Of a DNA stretch of 64,000 nucleotides, positions 29,228 through 38,553 are shown piece after piece. Below the pieces are notes generated by a model. That model did no database searches. It was not told the origin of the DNA and was given only the letters and a program-made list of their open reading frames with translations. Positions within the stretch are counted from its first letter, which is position 1. Each line of letters starts with the position of its first letter. The DNA is from Candidatus Limnocylindrales bacterium (lineage in GTDB: Bacteria; Moduliflexota; Moduliflexia; Moduliflexales; JAUQPW01), in contig DATMBG010000058.1 of assembly GCA_035559535.1 (NCBI GenBank), forward strand, positions 248,001-312,000, in the 5' to 3' direction. Position numbers and translations under genes: made by a program.

Positions 29228-29641
29228 AGAGCCTGCAATGATTTAAGGCTGGTATTATCCAGATAAGGGGACTTGAATTTTAATCTAACTTAGAAATAGG
29301 TATTTAAGTTGTCAATAAAAATCGACTTAGCTTGAGGTCGATGAGCCATTAATTTCTCCTTGACGGAGATCTTAACCCTATGTTAAAGATCATAGAATGA
29401 GAATTTAAGCATAGTTTGGAACTTTCTCGGTCAGGTTAAAATACCTAAGGTAAAGCTGCCTGTCTTAGAGAATTAAAAAGAGTCGTTATAAGGAAGGAAA
29501 ACCCATAAACCTACCGTCTTCAAGATAAATTATTTTCCAATTTATCCTAAGGACAGAGCAGGGGGTAGAAAATAAACTAAGAATCTGTTACTGGTTTTTG
29601 GTTTCTAATGACCAGTTGCCAGTTATCCGTTTACCAGGACC

Positions 29642-30478
29642 ATGAAAATATTTATAACCGGTGCCGGGGGCATGCTAGGCACAGATTTAATGCGGGAATT
29701 AGGAAAAACTTATGAGGTTTCAGGAGCGAATGCCATAGAATGTGATGTGACGGATTATTACAGAGTCAGTGAGATTATATCTGCTCAGAAGCCCGATGTG
29801 ATTATCCATACGGCGGCTTACACAGATGTAGATGGAGCTGAAATCCATCACGAAAGGGCTTTTAAAGTTAACCAGGAAGGAACCCGAAATGTAGCTTTGG
29901 CCGCCAGAGAAGTAGGAGCAAAAATGTTCCATATCAGTACCGATTATGTCTTTGGGGGAGCTAAGAAAATGCCCTATGTAGAAGATGATCCACCTAATCC
30001 ATTGGGTATTTATGCTAAATCTAAGCTACAAGGGGAACTTGAGGTTCAAAAACACCTTCAGAATTATTTAATTATCCGAACTGCCTGGCTATATGGGAAA
30101 CATGGTGATAACTTTGTTAGATCTATCCTAAGACTGGCTCAAACCACCGATACCCTTCGGGTTGTAAATGATCAGATTGGATCACCCACTTATACTAAAG
30201 ATCTCTGTTGGGGAATTGAAAAGTTACTGGAAAAGGATATTACAGGAATTATCCATTTAACCAACAGCGGCTCTTGTAGCTGGTACGAGTTTGCCCTGGC
30301 CATTCTCAAATATGCCAACATCTCCAACGCCCAGGTGCTTCCTATCAGTACCAGCCAGTTAAGACGTCCGGCGCCGCGTCCCTATTATTCCGTTTTAAGT
30401 AATGCAAAGTTTAAAATGATAACCGGTTATGAAATGCGACCCTGGGAAGCAGGATTGAAAGAGTATCTGAGCTCTTAA
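29642..30478 (+). CDS. rfbD: dTDP-4-dehydrorhamnose reductase
   Basis: GAGGMLG, AAYTDVDGAE, ISTDYVF, YAKSK, VVNDQIGSPT, APRP. Confidence 0.95.
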   Translation: MKIFITGAGGMLGTDLMRELGKTYEVSGANAIECDVTDYYRVSEIISAQKPDVIIHTAAYTDVDGAEIHHERAFKVNQEGTRNVALAAREVGAKMFHISTDYVFGGAKKMPYVEDDPPNPLGIYAKSKLQGELEVQKHLQNYLIIRTAWLYGKHGDNFVRSILRLAQTTDTLRVVNDQIGSPTYTKDLCWGIEKLLEKDITGIIHLTNSGSCSWYEFALAILKYANISNAQVLPISTSQLRRPAPRPYYSVLSNAKFKMITGYEMRPWEAGLKEYLSS

Positions 30479-30644
30479 ATGGAATTGTCCGTTGTTTTTT
30501 GTTTGTTATCGGTTGTTCGTTGTTTTTGGATGGGAATCACGATTTTAACTATCTGGCTCAGTTCAAAAGATGAACGTTTTAACTGAATGCTCCAGGAAGG
30601 CAAAGGACAACGGTTGATGAACAACGAACAACGGGCAAAGCAAA

Positions 30645-31595
30645 TTGAAAGTTCTTATTACAGGTATTACAGGTTTTGTAGGTGGTTATCTTACGGAACT
30701 CCTTGCCAGAGAGTCCTATCAAATTTACGGAACTTATCTGGATCCCTTTAATCTTAAAAACTTATCCCCCTCCCAACAAAAGGCTACCTTTTATCCATGT
30801 GATTTAACCCAGCCGGAGGCTATTGAGGCGGTCGTTAAGGCAGTTCAACCTGACGTAGTTTACCATCTGGCCGGCATGAGCCATGTCCAAAAATCCTGGT
30901 CTATTCGAGAGACTACCTTAAAGGTCAACCTTTTTGGTGCCTTAAATCTTCTTGAATCCCTCCGGAAATTTGCCCCTTCTGCCAAAACTCTTATGGTAAG
31001 TTCCAGTGAAGTGTATGGAAATGTCCCTTTGGATCTTCAACCTATTTCTGAAAACGCCCCGCTTCGGCCCTTGACTCCCTATGCTGCCAGTAAAGCTTCC
31101 CTGGAATTGCTTTGCCATCCTTATATTTACGGGGATAAGCTTCACATCGTTATTGTCAGACCTTTTAATCATACGGGTCCACGCCAGGATCCCTCCTTTG
31201 TCTGTTCAGATTTTGCCAGACAAATTGCCGAAATTGAAAAGGGTTTACGAGAACCCAGGATTTATGTTGGCAACTTAGATGCCCGGCGAGATTTCTCCGA
31301 TGTTCGTGACGTGGTAAGGGGTTATCAGATGATTATGAAAAAGGGGCAGACCGGTGAGATCTATAATATCGCTTCCGGCAAAGCTTATGCTATCGGAGAA
31401 CTTCTGGATATCTTACTCAGTTTAAGTCCGGCTAAAATCCAAATAAGTCCGGATCCCGACCGGGTAAGACCTTCAGATATCCACCTGCTCCTGGGAGATA
31501 ACACAAAAGTTCGTCGTCAAATTGGCTGGGAACCCGAAATTCCCATCCAGGATACGCTACGGGATATTTTAAGCTATTGGAGAGAAAGGATTTAA
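30645..31595 (+). CDS. GDP-mannose 4,6-dehydratase / GDP-4-keto-6-deoxy-D-mannose reductase (Rmd-like)
   Basis: ITGITGFVG, SSSEVYG, PYAASK, RPFNHTGPRQ, GNLDARRDFSDVRD, RPSD; TTG start. Confidence 0.88.
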   Translation: MKVLITGITGFVGGYLTELLARESYQIYGTYLDPFNLKNLSPSQQKATFYPCDLTQPEAIEAVVKAVQPDVVYHLAGMSHVQKSWSIRETTLKVNLFGALNLLESLRKFAPSAKTLMVSSSEVYGNVPLDLQPISENAPLRPLTPYAASKASLELLCHPYIYGDKLHIVIVRPFNHTGPRQDPSFVCSDFARQIAEIEKGLREPRIYVGNLDARRDFSDVRDVVRGYQMIMKKGQTGEIYNIASGKAYAIGELLDILLSLSPAKIQISPDPDRVRPSDIHLLLGDNTKVRRQIGWEPEIPIQDTLRDILSYWRERI

Positions 31596-31601
31596 AGGGC
31601 C

Positions 31602-31733
31602 TGTGGAAGTATGGGGGTGTAGGAGTGGGGAAGTAGGGGAGTGTGGGAGTTCTATTTCTTATACTTCTACTTTCATACCCCCATACCTCCATACTTTCAT
31701 ACCCCCATACTTCCCCACTCCCACACTCTCTTA
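31602..31733. repeat. Intergenic 8-nt repeat fold-back (6 G-rich units vs about 8 C-rich units)
   Basis: TGTGGAAG TATGGGGG TGTAGGAG TGGGGAAG TAGGGGAG TGTGGGAG ... ACTTTCAT ACCCCCAT ACCTCCAT ACTTTCAT ACCCCCAT ACTTCCCC ACTCCCAC. Confidence 0.88.
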
Positions 31734-31750
31734 CATAGATCCTTTAAAAA

Positions 31751-33601
31751 ATGCGCCTGGTTCAAAGATTTTATACATTACAGTGTGTCAGGTGTGATAC
31801 ATTTTGGGATGAGCATCAGACCACTACAGTGTGTCTGAGATGTCGGAATGCTCTGGATGTCAAATATGATTATGACTATATCCGAGACCGGCTTAACCTC
31901 TATTCTCTTAAAAATTCTCCGTTAAGTGCCCTCAAATATATGGATTTTTATCCCATTGAGAACCGTCGCCGGGTGGTTTCTTTGGATGAAGGTGCTACCC
32001 CCCTTCATCGGTCTCAGAATTTATCTAAAGCTCTGGGGTTGAAAAATCTCTATGTGAAAGACGAGGGGGCCAATCCCACAGGAGTATTTAAAGATCGAGG
32101 CTCAATGGTAGAGTTTACCAAGGCCCTGGAATTAGGAGCTCAGGCTGTTTGTGTGGCTTCCACAGGAAATATGGCGGCTTCTTGTTCTGCTTATGCGGCT
32201 ATTGCAGGTCTTCCTTGTTATGTCTTGGTTCCTGAGGGAACAGCCATTGGTAAGTTATCTCAGACCCTGGCCTATGGCGCTCGGGTGTTACAGGTTCGGG
32301 GGACGTATGGAGATGCCGTGAGATTGACCGAGAAGATGGCCGAAGATCATAAATTTTATCTGGCAGGGGATTATGCCTTTCGGGCCGAAGGACAAAAATC
32401 AATCAGCTATGAAATTATCGAACAACTCTACTGGAAAGCCCCTGACTTTGTCATCGTTCCCATAGGCTGCGGGACTAATCTGGCTGCTATTTGGAAGGGG
32501 TTCGTAGAATTTAAAAAATTAGGATTCATCGATACCCTGCCGAAGTTGATCGGGGTACAACCCGAGGGGTGTTCTACCATTTGTGAGGCCTTTAAGCGAA
32601 ACATAGATCGGGCAGTTCTCATAGAAAAACCTAAAACCATTGCCTCGGCCGTAGGCATTGGAGTTCCCCAGGACGATATCAAAGCCTTGAGGGCCCTGAG
32701 AGAATCCAAAGGATACTGCTTAACGGTTACAGATTCTGAAATTTTAGCCTCTCAACAGGAGCTGGCCAAAACGGAATCCATCTTCGTAGAACCTTCTGCA
32801 GCTATTCCTATCGCAGTTCTTCCAACCCTCCTGAAGGAGAAAATTATTCATGAGGAAGACGTGGTCGTCTGTATTGCCACGGGAAATGGCTTAAAAGACC
32901 CCCATGCAGTTCTGAAGATCCTTCCTTCTCCTCCCTCTATAGAGGCTTTGAGCAGCGAAGTAGATAAATTTCTAAAGAACCGTTTGTATGAAATTCAGGG
33001 AATTAAACTTAAAGATCAAGGAGAGATCCTCTTTCAACAGGTTCCCGAGAAAGACAAGCTCTTGGATCTGGTGGAACAGGAGTTCAAGGTAAACTTGAGA
33101 AATCCCTATGGAGACCATCTTTATATCCTGGCTCGGGAATTTGAAGAAAAGGGAAAAGCAGTGACACGAACGGATCTACAGAACCTGGTGGAAACGGTTC
33201 TAAAGAGTACCAGCCCGCATAAATTTCTCAAGGTTTTGGATTATCAGGTTGTTGCGACAAAACATGCCCGTCCCAGGGCCACTGTAACCCTGGAATTTGA
33301 AGGGAAGCGGACCATTTCAGAGAGCGAAGGGGTGGGTCCTGTGGATGCTGCTATCCAGGCTCTTCGGAAGGCGGTTCAGGAAACCCATGACTTTGAATGC
33401 CACCTGGTGGATTATCAGGTTCATATCGATACCTCAGGGACAGATTCTGCCGTTGAAGTGACCATGACCTTGAAAGATAAAGAAAACAACCAGGTGGTAG
33501 CGGTGGGGACTTCTCCGGATATCATCGTAGCCTCTATCGAAGCCTTCGAGGAAGGTTACAATGTACTTTACGGAAAGAATCAGACCCCGCTGGAGACTTA
33601 A
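31751..33601 (+). CDS. thrC: Threonine synthase fused to a C-terminal LeuA/isopropylmalate-synthase regulatory domain
   Basis: N-terminal CxxC..CxxC, NPTGVFKDRG (PLP lysine), ASTGNMA, PIGCGTN, EPSAA, TGNGLKD; C-terminal GVGPVDAAIQAL, LVDYQV, GTDSAVEV, GTSPDIIVASIEAF. Confidence 0.85.
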   Translation: MRLVQRFYTLQCVRCDTFWDEHQTTTVCLRCRNALDVKYDYDYIRDRLNLYSLKNSPLSALKYMDFYPIENRRRVVSLDEGATPLHRSQNLSKALGLKNLYVKDEGANPTGVFKDRGSMVEFTKALELGAQAVCVASTGNMAASCSAYAAIAGLPCYVLVPEGTAIGKLSQTLAYGARVLQVRGTYGDAVRLTEKMAEDHKFYLAGDYAFRAEGQKSISYEIIEQLYWKAPDFVIVPIGCGTNLAAIWKGFVEFKKLGFIDTLPKLIGVQPEGCSTICEAFKRNIDRAVLIEKPKTIASAVGIGVPQDDIKALRALRESKGYCLTVTDSEILASQQELAKTESIFVEPSAAIPIAVLPTLLKEKIIHEEDVVVCIATGNGLKDPHAVLKILPSPPSIEALSSEVDKFLKNRLYEIQGIKLKDQGEILFQQVPEKDKLLDLVEQEFKVNLRNPYGDHLYILAREFEEKGKAVTRTDLQNLVETVLKSTSPHKFLKVLDYQVVATKHARPRATVTLEFEGKRTISESEGVGPVDAAIQALRKAVQETHDFECHLVDYQVHIDTSGTDSAVEVTMTLKDKENNQVVAVGTSPDIIVASIEAFEEGYNVLYGKNQTPLET

Positions 33602-33638
33602 ATTGTTTCAAATCAGTACCTTATGGCTCATCTACGCC

Positions 33639-33654
33639 TGGTACAAATCCTGCT
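33639..33654 (+). promoter_or_regulatory. Putative sigma54 (-24/-12) promoter
   Basis: TGGTACAAATCCTGCT, i.e. GG-N10-GC, upstream of a small ORF. Confidence 0.45.
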
Positions 33655-33770
33655 CTATTCAATAAGGTGTACCATAATATGACATTATCGAATAAGGGAA
33701 TTGGGAAAATTCTCGAATTTAGTTTTCAAAAACTCGGGGTTATCCAACGCCCGTTCATCCAGAGGAGTTG

Positions 33771-33923
33771 ATGCCTATGATGTACCTGATTGCCTTAAGT
33801 TTAGTGGTAGGGTTTTGTATGGGCCTGGCTTTTTTTGCCCTCTTGAGTATCTCCGAAGGAAGCGATGAGGAAGAGAGTTCCTCTAAGGAGGAGGGTTATT
33901 ACCAAAACTTAATCTGTAGGTAA
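33771..33923 (+). CDS. Small single-TM protein with acidic tail (48-50 aa)
   Basis: Below the ORF-track size cutoff. MPMMYLIALSLVVGFCMGLAFFALLSISEGSDEEESSSKEEGYYQNLICR*, with SD GAGGAG at 33762-33767. Confidence 0.6.
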   Translation: MPMMYLIALSLVVGFCMGLAFFALLSISEGSDEEESSSKEEGYYQNLICR

Positions 33924-33982
33924 AGAAGGAATAGAGAGTAAAAGATTGTGAAGTGTGCGGGAGCAGGGTATCTGCGTCTTCG

Positions 33983-34786
33983 TCATAGCAAACCCTGAGT
34001 TCGTAAAGTCTTCAAAGTCACCGGATGTAAGATTTTATTTCCTGCGCATAAACCCAGGATATGACCTGGATTTTTGTCAGTATAAAGAATAGGAAGTCCT
34101 GCTAAGTCTGTTAAAACCCCTCCGGCTTCCCGGATCAGAAGATCTCCGGCAGCAATATCCCACTCACAGGTGGGCCCCCGTTTAAGATAAATATCTACCT
34201 CTCCACTGGCTATCAGGGCCGCTTTTAACGAAAGACTGGCCTTTAAAAGGATCGGTTTTGTTTCAAGAACCTGGAGAATCTTTTGATAGATCTTCTTCCG
34301 GAACTGTTCGGGAGTCAGTAATTGTCTGGCCTCTTTTAAGGTTTGTTTAGAACTAACCTGGATGCGCTGATCATTCAGGAAAGCCCCGTCTCCTCGTGTG
34401 GCATAATAAAGCTGTTCAAGGGCCGGAGCATAGATAACGCCGGCCAGGACTTCCCCATGATACGTATAAGCGATGGAGATGGAAAAGTACTTTCCGCCGG
34501 AGATAAATTCCTCGGTTCCATCTATGGGATCTATAATCCAGGTCTCCGGAGAGTCCTTGCCAAGGAAAATTCCTTCTGTCGGGGGGAGTTCTTCACTTCG
34601 GATTTGATGATTAAAATATCGTCGGATGGTTGAGATAATAACTTCCTGTGCAGCTAGATCAGCTTGAGTGACCGGAGAGTTATCTTCTTTAAATCGGATC
34701 CTCAGATCGGGACGATTGCGAATTTCGGTGATGATTTTACCGGCAATTAGGGCTGCTTCTCGCGCTACGTTCAGAAATGGATTCAT
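33983..34786 (-). CDS. Inositol monophosphatase / CysQ-family phosphatase
   Basis: PVTQADL, SEE, WIIDPIDGTEEF, EWDIAAG..L.EAGG. Confidence 0.9.
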   Translation of the reverse strand: MNPFLNVAREAALIAGKIITEIRNRPDLRIRFKEDNSPVTQADLAAQEVIISTIRRYFNHQIRSEELPPTEGIFLGKDSPETWIIDPIDGTEEFISGGKYFSISIAYTYHGEVLAGVIYAPALEQLYYATRGDGAFLNDQRIQVSSKQTLKEARQLLTPEQFRKKIYQKILQVLETKPILLKASLSLKAALIASGEVDIYLKRGPTCEWDIAAGDLLIREAGGVLTDLAGLPILYTDKNPGHILGLCAGNKILHPVTLKTLRTQGLL

Positions 34787-35024
34787 GCTAATAAGTAAAC
34801 GGTCGTAAATAATTATTATTTACCATCATTTCCATGGAAATCGAGATGGGATACAAACCAGAGTTTTAAACTTAAGTTAAACTTTTCCGTTGGTGACAGC
34901 CTGTCGAACCCCGAACGGCAGGGATAACGACCGACCCATTTTAATCAAAAATCACCCTTACAAAGGTTTAGAATCGATTACTTAATATAATTACCCGGGG
35001 AAGTTTTGTAAAGGAAGGGAGATT

Positions 35025-36086
35025 TCAATCAAAAAGCTGGGGTTGATAAGGATCCTGTAGAGAGATCAGATTGGATACAGAAAGACCGATCCGGCGAATC
35101 TTCTTTCCTTTCAGGTCTATTTTGTTCAGTAACGGCAAGGCGATTTTCAACAATTCTTCTTTTTGTTGTAGCTTTCCAAAAACGGTTCGGCTTCGGGTCA
35201 TCTGCCGCTGGTTATCTAAGCGTACCTTCACGGTTACCGTCCTGGCCCAGTAACCTTCTTTTTTGAGATGATCCTCAATATCCTCGGCTAAAGAAGTCAA
35301 AATCTGGTGGATGGAATCCATGGGAATCCGGTTCCCCAGAGTCGTTTCTCGGCTGATCTGCATGTGGCTGCGGGCTGGCATCACCGGACGCAAATCAATT
35401 CCATTGGCAAAGTCATAGAATTGCAGCCCGAGTTTTCCAAAACGTTCTTTAAGCTGGGTTCGGTCAAAAGCGGCAAGTTGTCCAATGGTGAAGATTTTCA
35501 AGCTATTCAGTTTCTTTTGAGTAACCGGTCCAACTCCCAGGATACTTTCTACCGGCAGATCTCGCAAAAATTCTTGAACCTGATGGGGTCTGACTACGGT
35601 CAGTCCATCCGGTTTATGCATTCCCGAGGCCAGCTTGGCAATGAATTTATTGGGTCCGACCCCGGCCGTAGCGGTGAGGTTCAGTCGAGATTTAATCTCC
35701 TGTTTGATGGCTATGGCAATATCCACGGCATCTTGGGAATTTGCCGTAACATCCAGGTAGGATTCGTCAATGGAAACCGGTTCAATCAGAGCGGTATACT
35801 GGGAGAGGATTTCCATAACCTGTCGAGAAACCTGGCGGTAGTATTCCAGCCGTACAGGCAGAAAGATTCCTTGGGGACAGAGCCTGGTGGCCTGGGCTAA
35901 GGGCATGGCAGAGTGCACACCGAATTTTCGGGCCTCATAGGAGGCTGTGGCGACCGCTCCGTGGCGATGGGGGGCATCCAATCCCATGACTACGATGACC
36001 GGTTGTCCCTTTAGGGCGGGATTGTCTCTTTGCTCGATGGAGGCGTAGAAAGCATCCATGTCCAAATGGATAATCTTCCGCAGCAT
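35025..36086 (-). CDS. dinB: DNA polymerase IV
   Basis: IIHLDMDAFYASIEQRD, ASYEARKFGVHSAM, SIDESYLD, AKLASGMHKPDG. Confidence 0.96.
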   Translation of the reverse strand: MLRKIIHLDMDAFYASIEQRDNPALKGQPVIVVMGLDAPHRHGAVATASYEARKFGVHSAMPLAQATRLCPQGIFLPVRLEYYRQVSRQVMEILSQYTALIEPVSIDESYLDVTANSQDAVDIAIAIKQEIKSRLNLTATAGVGPNKFIAKLASGMHKPDGLTVVRPHQVQEFLRDLPVESILGVGPVTQKKLNSLKIFTIGQLAAFDRTQLKERFGKLGLQFYDFANGIDLRPVMPARSHMQISRETTLGNRIPMDSIHQILTSLAEDIEDHLKKEGYWARTVTVKVRLDNQRQMTRSRTVFGKLQQKEELLKIALPLLNKIDLKGKKIRRIGLSVSNLISLQDPYQPQLFD

Positions 36087-36194
36087 GGAAGATAAAGATG
36101 CAGAGATGTGGAAATGCGGAGGTTCTTTCTTTCCCTGTTCGGGATCCTCCGCATCCCCTGAATTCCCGCATCTTTATAGCCTCGTGTTTCCTTT

Positions 36195-37160
36195 TTAAGG
36201 AATCAACAACAACTTACCCGAGGTTTTACGCCCTTCCAGAGCCTGATGGGCTTTATCTGCTTCCGCAAGGGGATAAGTATGGTCAATCCGAAGCTTTAAC
36301 TCTCCGGAAGTAATCCATCGAAAAAGATCGCCAGCCCGCTGCAGAAGCTCTGCTCGATTGGCTGCATAATGGGAGAGAGTAGGTCGGGTTAGAAAATAAG
36401 ACCCCTTTGCAAGGATGCGGAGATCCACCGGGGGAACCGGACCGCTGGATTGACCGAAGAGGGCGAGATAACCTCGAGGTTTCAAACAGTTAAGACTCTT
36501 GTCAAAGGTAGTTTTCCCAACCGAATCATAGACTACTTCAACCCCTTGCCCGTTGGTCAATTTCTTAATCTCTTCTTCAAAATCAGATTGAGTGTAAAGA
36601 ATGATGGCGTCGGCACCTGCTTCCTTTGCCAGAGAAGCCTTTTCCTCTGTGGAGACAGTACCGAATACTTTAGCCCCCCGGCGTTTAGCCATCTGAATAA
36701 GAAGTAAGCCAACCCCTCCGGCAGCCGCATGGATCAGCACGGTGTCTCCTGTCTTGAGAGGATACGTGCTATGGGTCAGGTAATGAGCGGTCATTCCTTG
36801 AAGCATAGCCGCAGCGGCAGATTGGGTACTTAAATTATCCGGCAAGGGAACCAGCTTCCAGGCAGGTACAATGGCATACTCTGCATAAGAACCCTGCTGC
36901 ATCGCATAGGCGACCCGATCTCCTACCTTTATTTCTGAAACCCCAGGTCCTACCTCATCGACTACACCGGCCCCTTCCATACCCGGAGTGAAGGGAAGCT
37001 GACCGGGATAGAGACCGGTTCGATGATAGATATCGATATAATTAACCCCTGCGGCTTCGATTTTAACCCGCGCTTCTCCGGGGCCCGGTTTGGGAGTGGG
37101 AACTTCCTCATACTTGAGAGCTTCCGGACCTCCATAACTATGGACTCGAATGGCTTTCAT
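36195..37160 (-). CDS. qor: NADPH:quinone oxidoreductase (zeta-crystallin/Qor family)
   Basis: [50 protein letters not shown]. Confidence 0.93.
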   Translation of the reverse strand: MKAIRVHSYGGPEALKYEEVPTPKPGPGEARVKIEAAGVNYIDIYHRTGLYPGQLPFTPGMEGAGVVDEVGPGVSEIKVGDRVAYAMQQGSYAEYAIVPAWKLVPLPDNLSTQSAAAAMLQGMTAHYLTHSTYPLKTGDTVLIHAAAGGVGLLLIQMAKRRGAKVFGTVSTEEKASLAKEAGADAIILYTQSDFEEEIKKLTNGQGVEVVYDSVGKTTFDKSLNCLKPRGYLALFGQSSGPVPPVDLRILAKGSYFLTRPTLSHYAANRAELLQRAGDLFRWITSGELKLRIDHTYPLAEADKAHQALEGRKTSGKLLLIP

Positions 37161-37471
37161 AACACTCAGGTAACTTAAAACCGTGCAAGACTGCTCGACC
37201 CAGTCTTACCCTGCATAGTTCCAGTTACCTCCTTCCTTTAGCGTTAAGAACTTCTTCCCTACCGAACCAAAAAAAGAGAATTTTTAACGGAATTTATTTT
37301 ATCCCTTTATGGGATATTTTATCTTGAATGATTCAGACCATAACCCGAACAGATGAAAGTTTTACCTTTTAACCCTACTCATACTTCCTCAAGTTGCATC
37401 CTTGTAGGCGCTCTGTCAAGGGATATGTACAGAATATCCAGGGCTTCTGGGGTAAGGAACTCTTTAACCCT

Positions 37472-38551
37472 TCATGCCCGATTCGTAGGATTTTTCAAAA
37501 GCCCAGAGAGATGTTCAACGACGGCTTCATAGACTTCCTCAACGGTAATGGCCTGCATACCTCCGGAGAATCCTCGGCGGGGTTTGTAGATGAGTCGATG
37601 ATAGGAGCCTGGATACGGATAGGGGCCGTATAAGGTCGGTGACCCGGAACCAAAGAGCGCCACACAAGGAATTCCAACGGCGGCTGCAATATGCATAGGG
37701 CCGGAATCGGTACCGATGAATATACAGGCCCGACGGAAGAGTTCTATGAGATCCAGAAGGGTCTTGGTAGGCAAAGACAGTAAAGCTTTTCCATCGGAAG
37801 CTGCTACAATCCTTTCGGCCAGCCTTCGTTCACCGGGTCCGTAGCAGACCACACAGCGAAGTCCCTTCTCTATGGCAAGTCTTCGTGCAACCTCTGCAAA
37901 GTATTCCGGTATCCAGCGCTTATCCTTCCGGGCCTCACTACTTCCCGGATGAAGCACGGCGAAGGTTGTCAGTCCACAGTCCTGAAGGAATGCTTCGACA
38001 CGCTTCCGACTCTCCGGTGATTCAGGAAATGGAAATCGCAAGCAATCCGGGCGGGCTCCAAGAAATTCGGCTACGGCCAGGAACTTCTCGACCAGATGCA
38101 AAGGCCATCTCGGAGGGGTCACCTGCAGGTGTGAAAACCAGTAATTCCCTTCGCGACAATAGCCACGGGCGAATCCCACCCGTATGCGGGCACCGCTTAA
38201 AATCGAAAGAAAGGCTCCTTTCAGATTGGCCTGTAAATCCAAAACTATATCGTAGCGCTCGGACCGCATTTCTCGGGTCAACGCAAAGATCTCACGGAGG
38301 GTTGCCGGCCATCGCCAGGGTCTGAAAATCGTAGCTGCCCAACGCTTACGCGGAAAAAAATGCACACGATCTACAAAAGGATGCGAGGCAATAAGATCGT
38401 AGGGGCGTTCATCGACGATATAGCCAATCCTTGCCTGGGGGAAGGAAGATCGGATGGCATCCAATGTCGGAAGTGTCAGAACGACATCCCCCACAGCACT
38501 CGAGCGAACAATCAGGATACGATTGAAACGCAAGGAACAGGTTTCCTTCAT
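37472..38551 (-). CDS. GT9 LPS heptosyltransferase (WaaC-like)
   Basis: ILIVRSSAVGDVV, YDIVLDLQ, LHPGSS...KRW, GTDSGPMHIAAAVG...LFG. Confidence 0.9.
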   Translation of the reverse strand: MKETCSLRFNRILIVRSSAVGDVVLTLPTLDAIRSSFPQARIGYIVDERPYDLIASHPFVDRVHFFPRKRWAATIFRPWRWPATLREIFALTREMRSERYDIVLDLQANLKGAFLSILSGARIRVGFARGYCREGNYWFSHLQVTPPRWPLHLVEKFLAVAEFLGARPDCLRFPFPESPESRKRVEAFLQDCGLTTFAVLHPGSSEARKDKRWIPEYFAEVARRLAIEKGLRCVVCYGPGERRLAERIVAASDGKALLSLPTKTLLDLIELFRRACIFIGTDSGPMHIAAAVGIPCVALFGSGSPTLYGPYPYPGSYHRLIYKPRRGFSGGMQAITVEEVYEAVVEHLSGLLKNPTNRA

Positions 38552-38553
38552 GG

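Noticed and set aside
31602-31733. CRISPR array or coding repeats in the 8-mer tracts (also 48305-48412, 14303-14380, 16578-16668)
   Set aside because: No unique spacers. ORFs such as 31432-31692, 31603-31797, 48318-48839 and 16606-16842 are translations of repeat DNA overlapping real genes.
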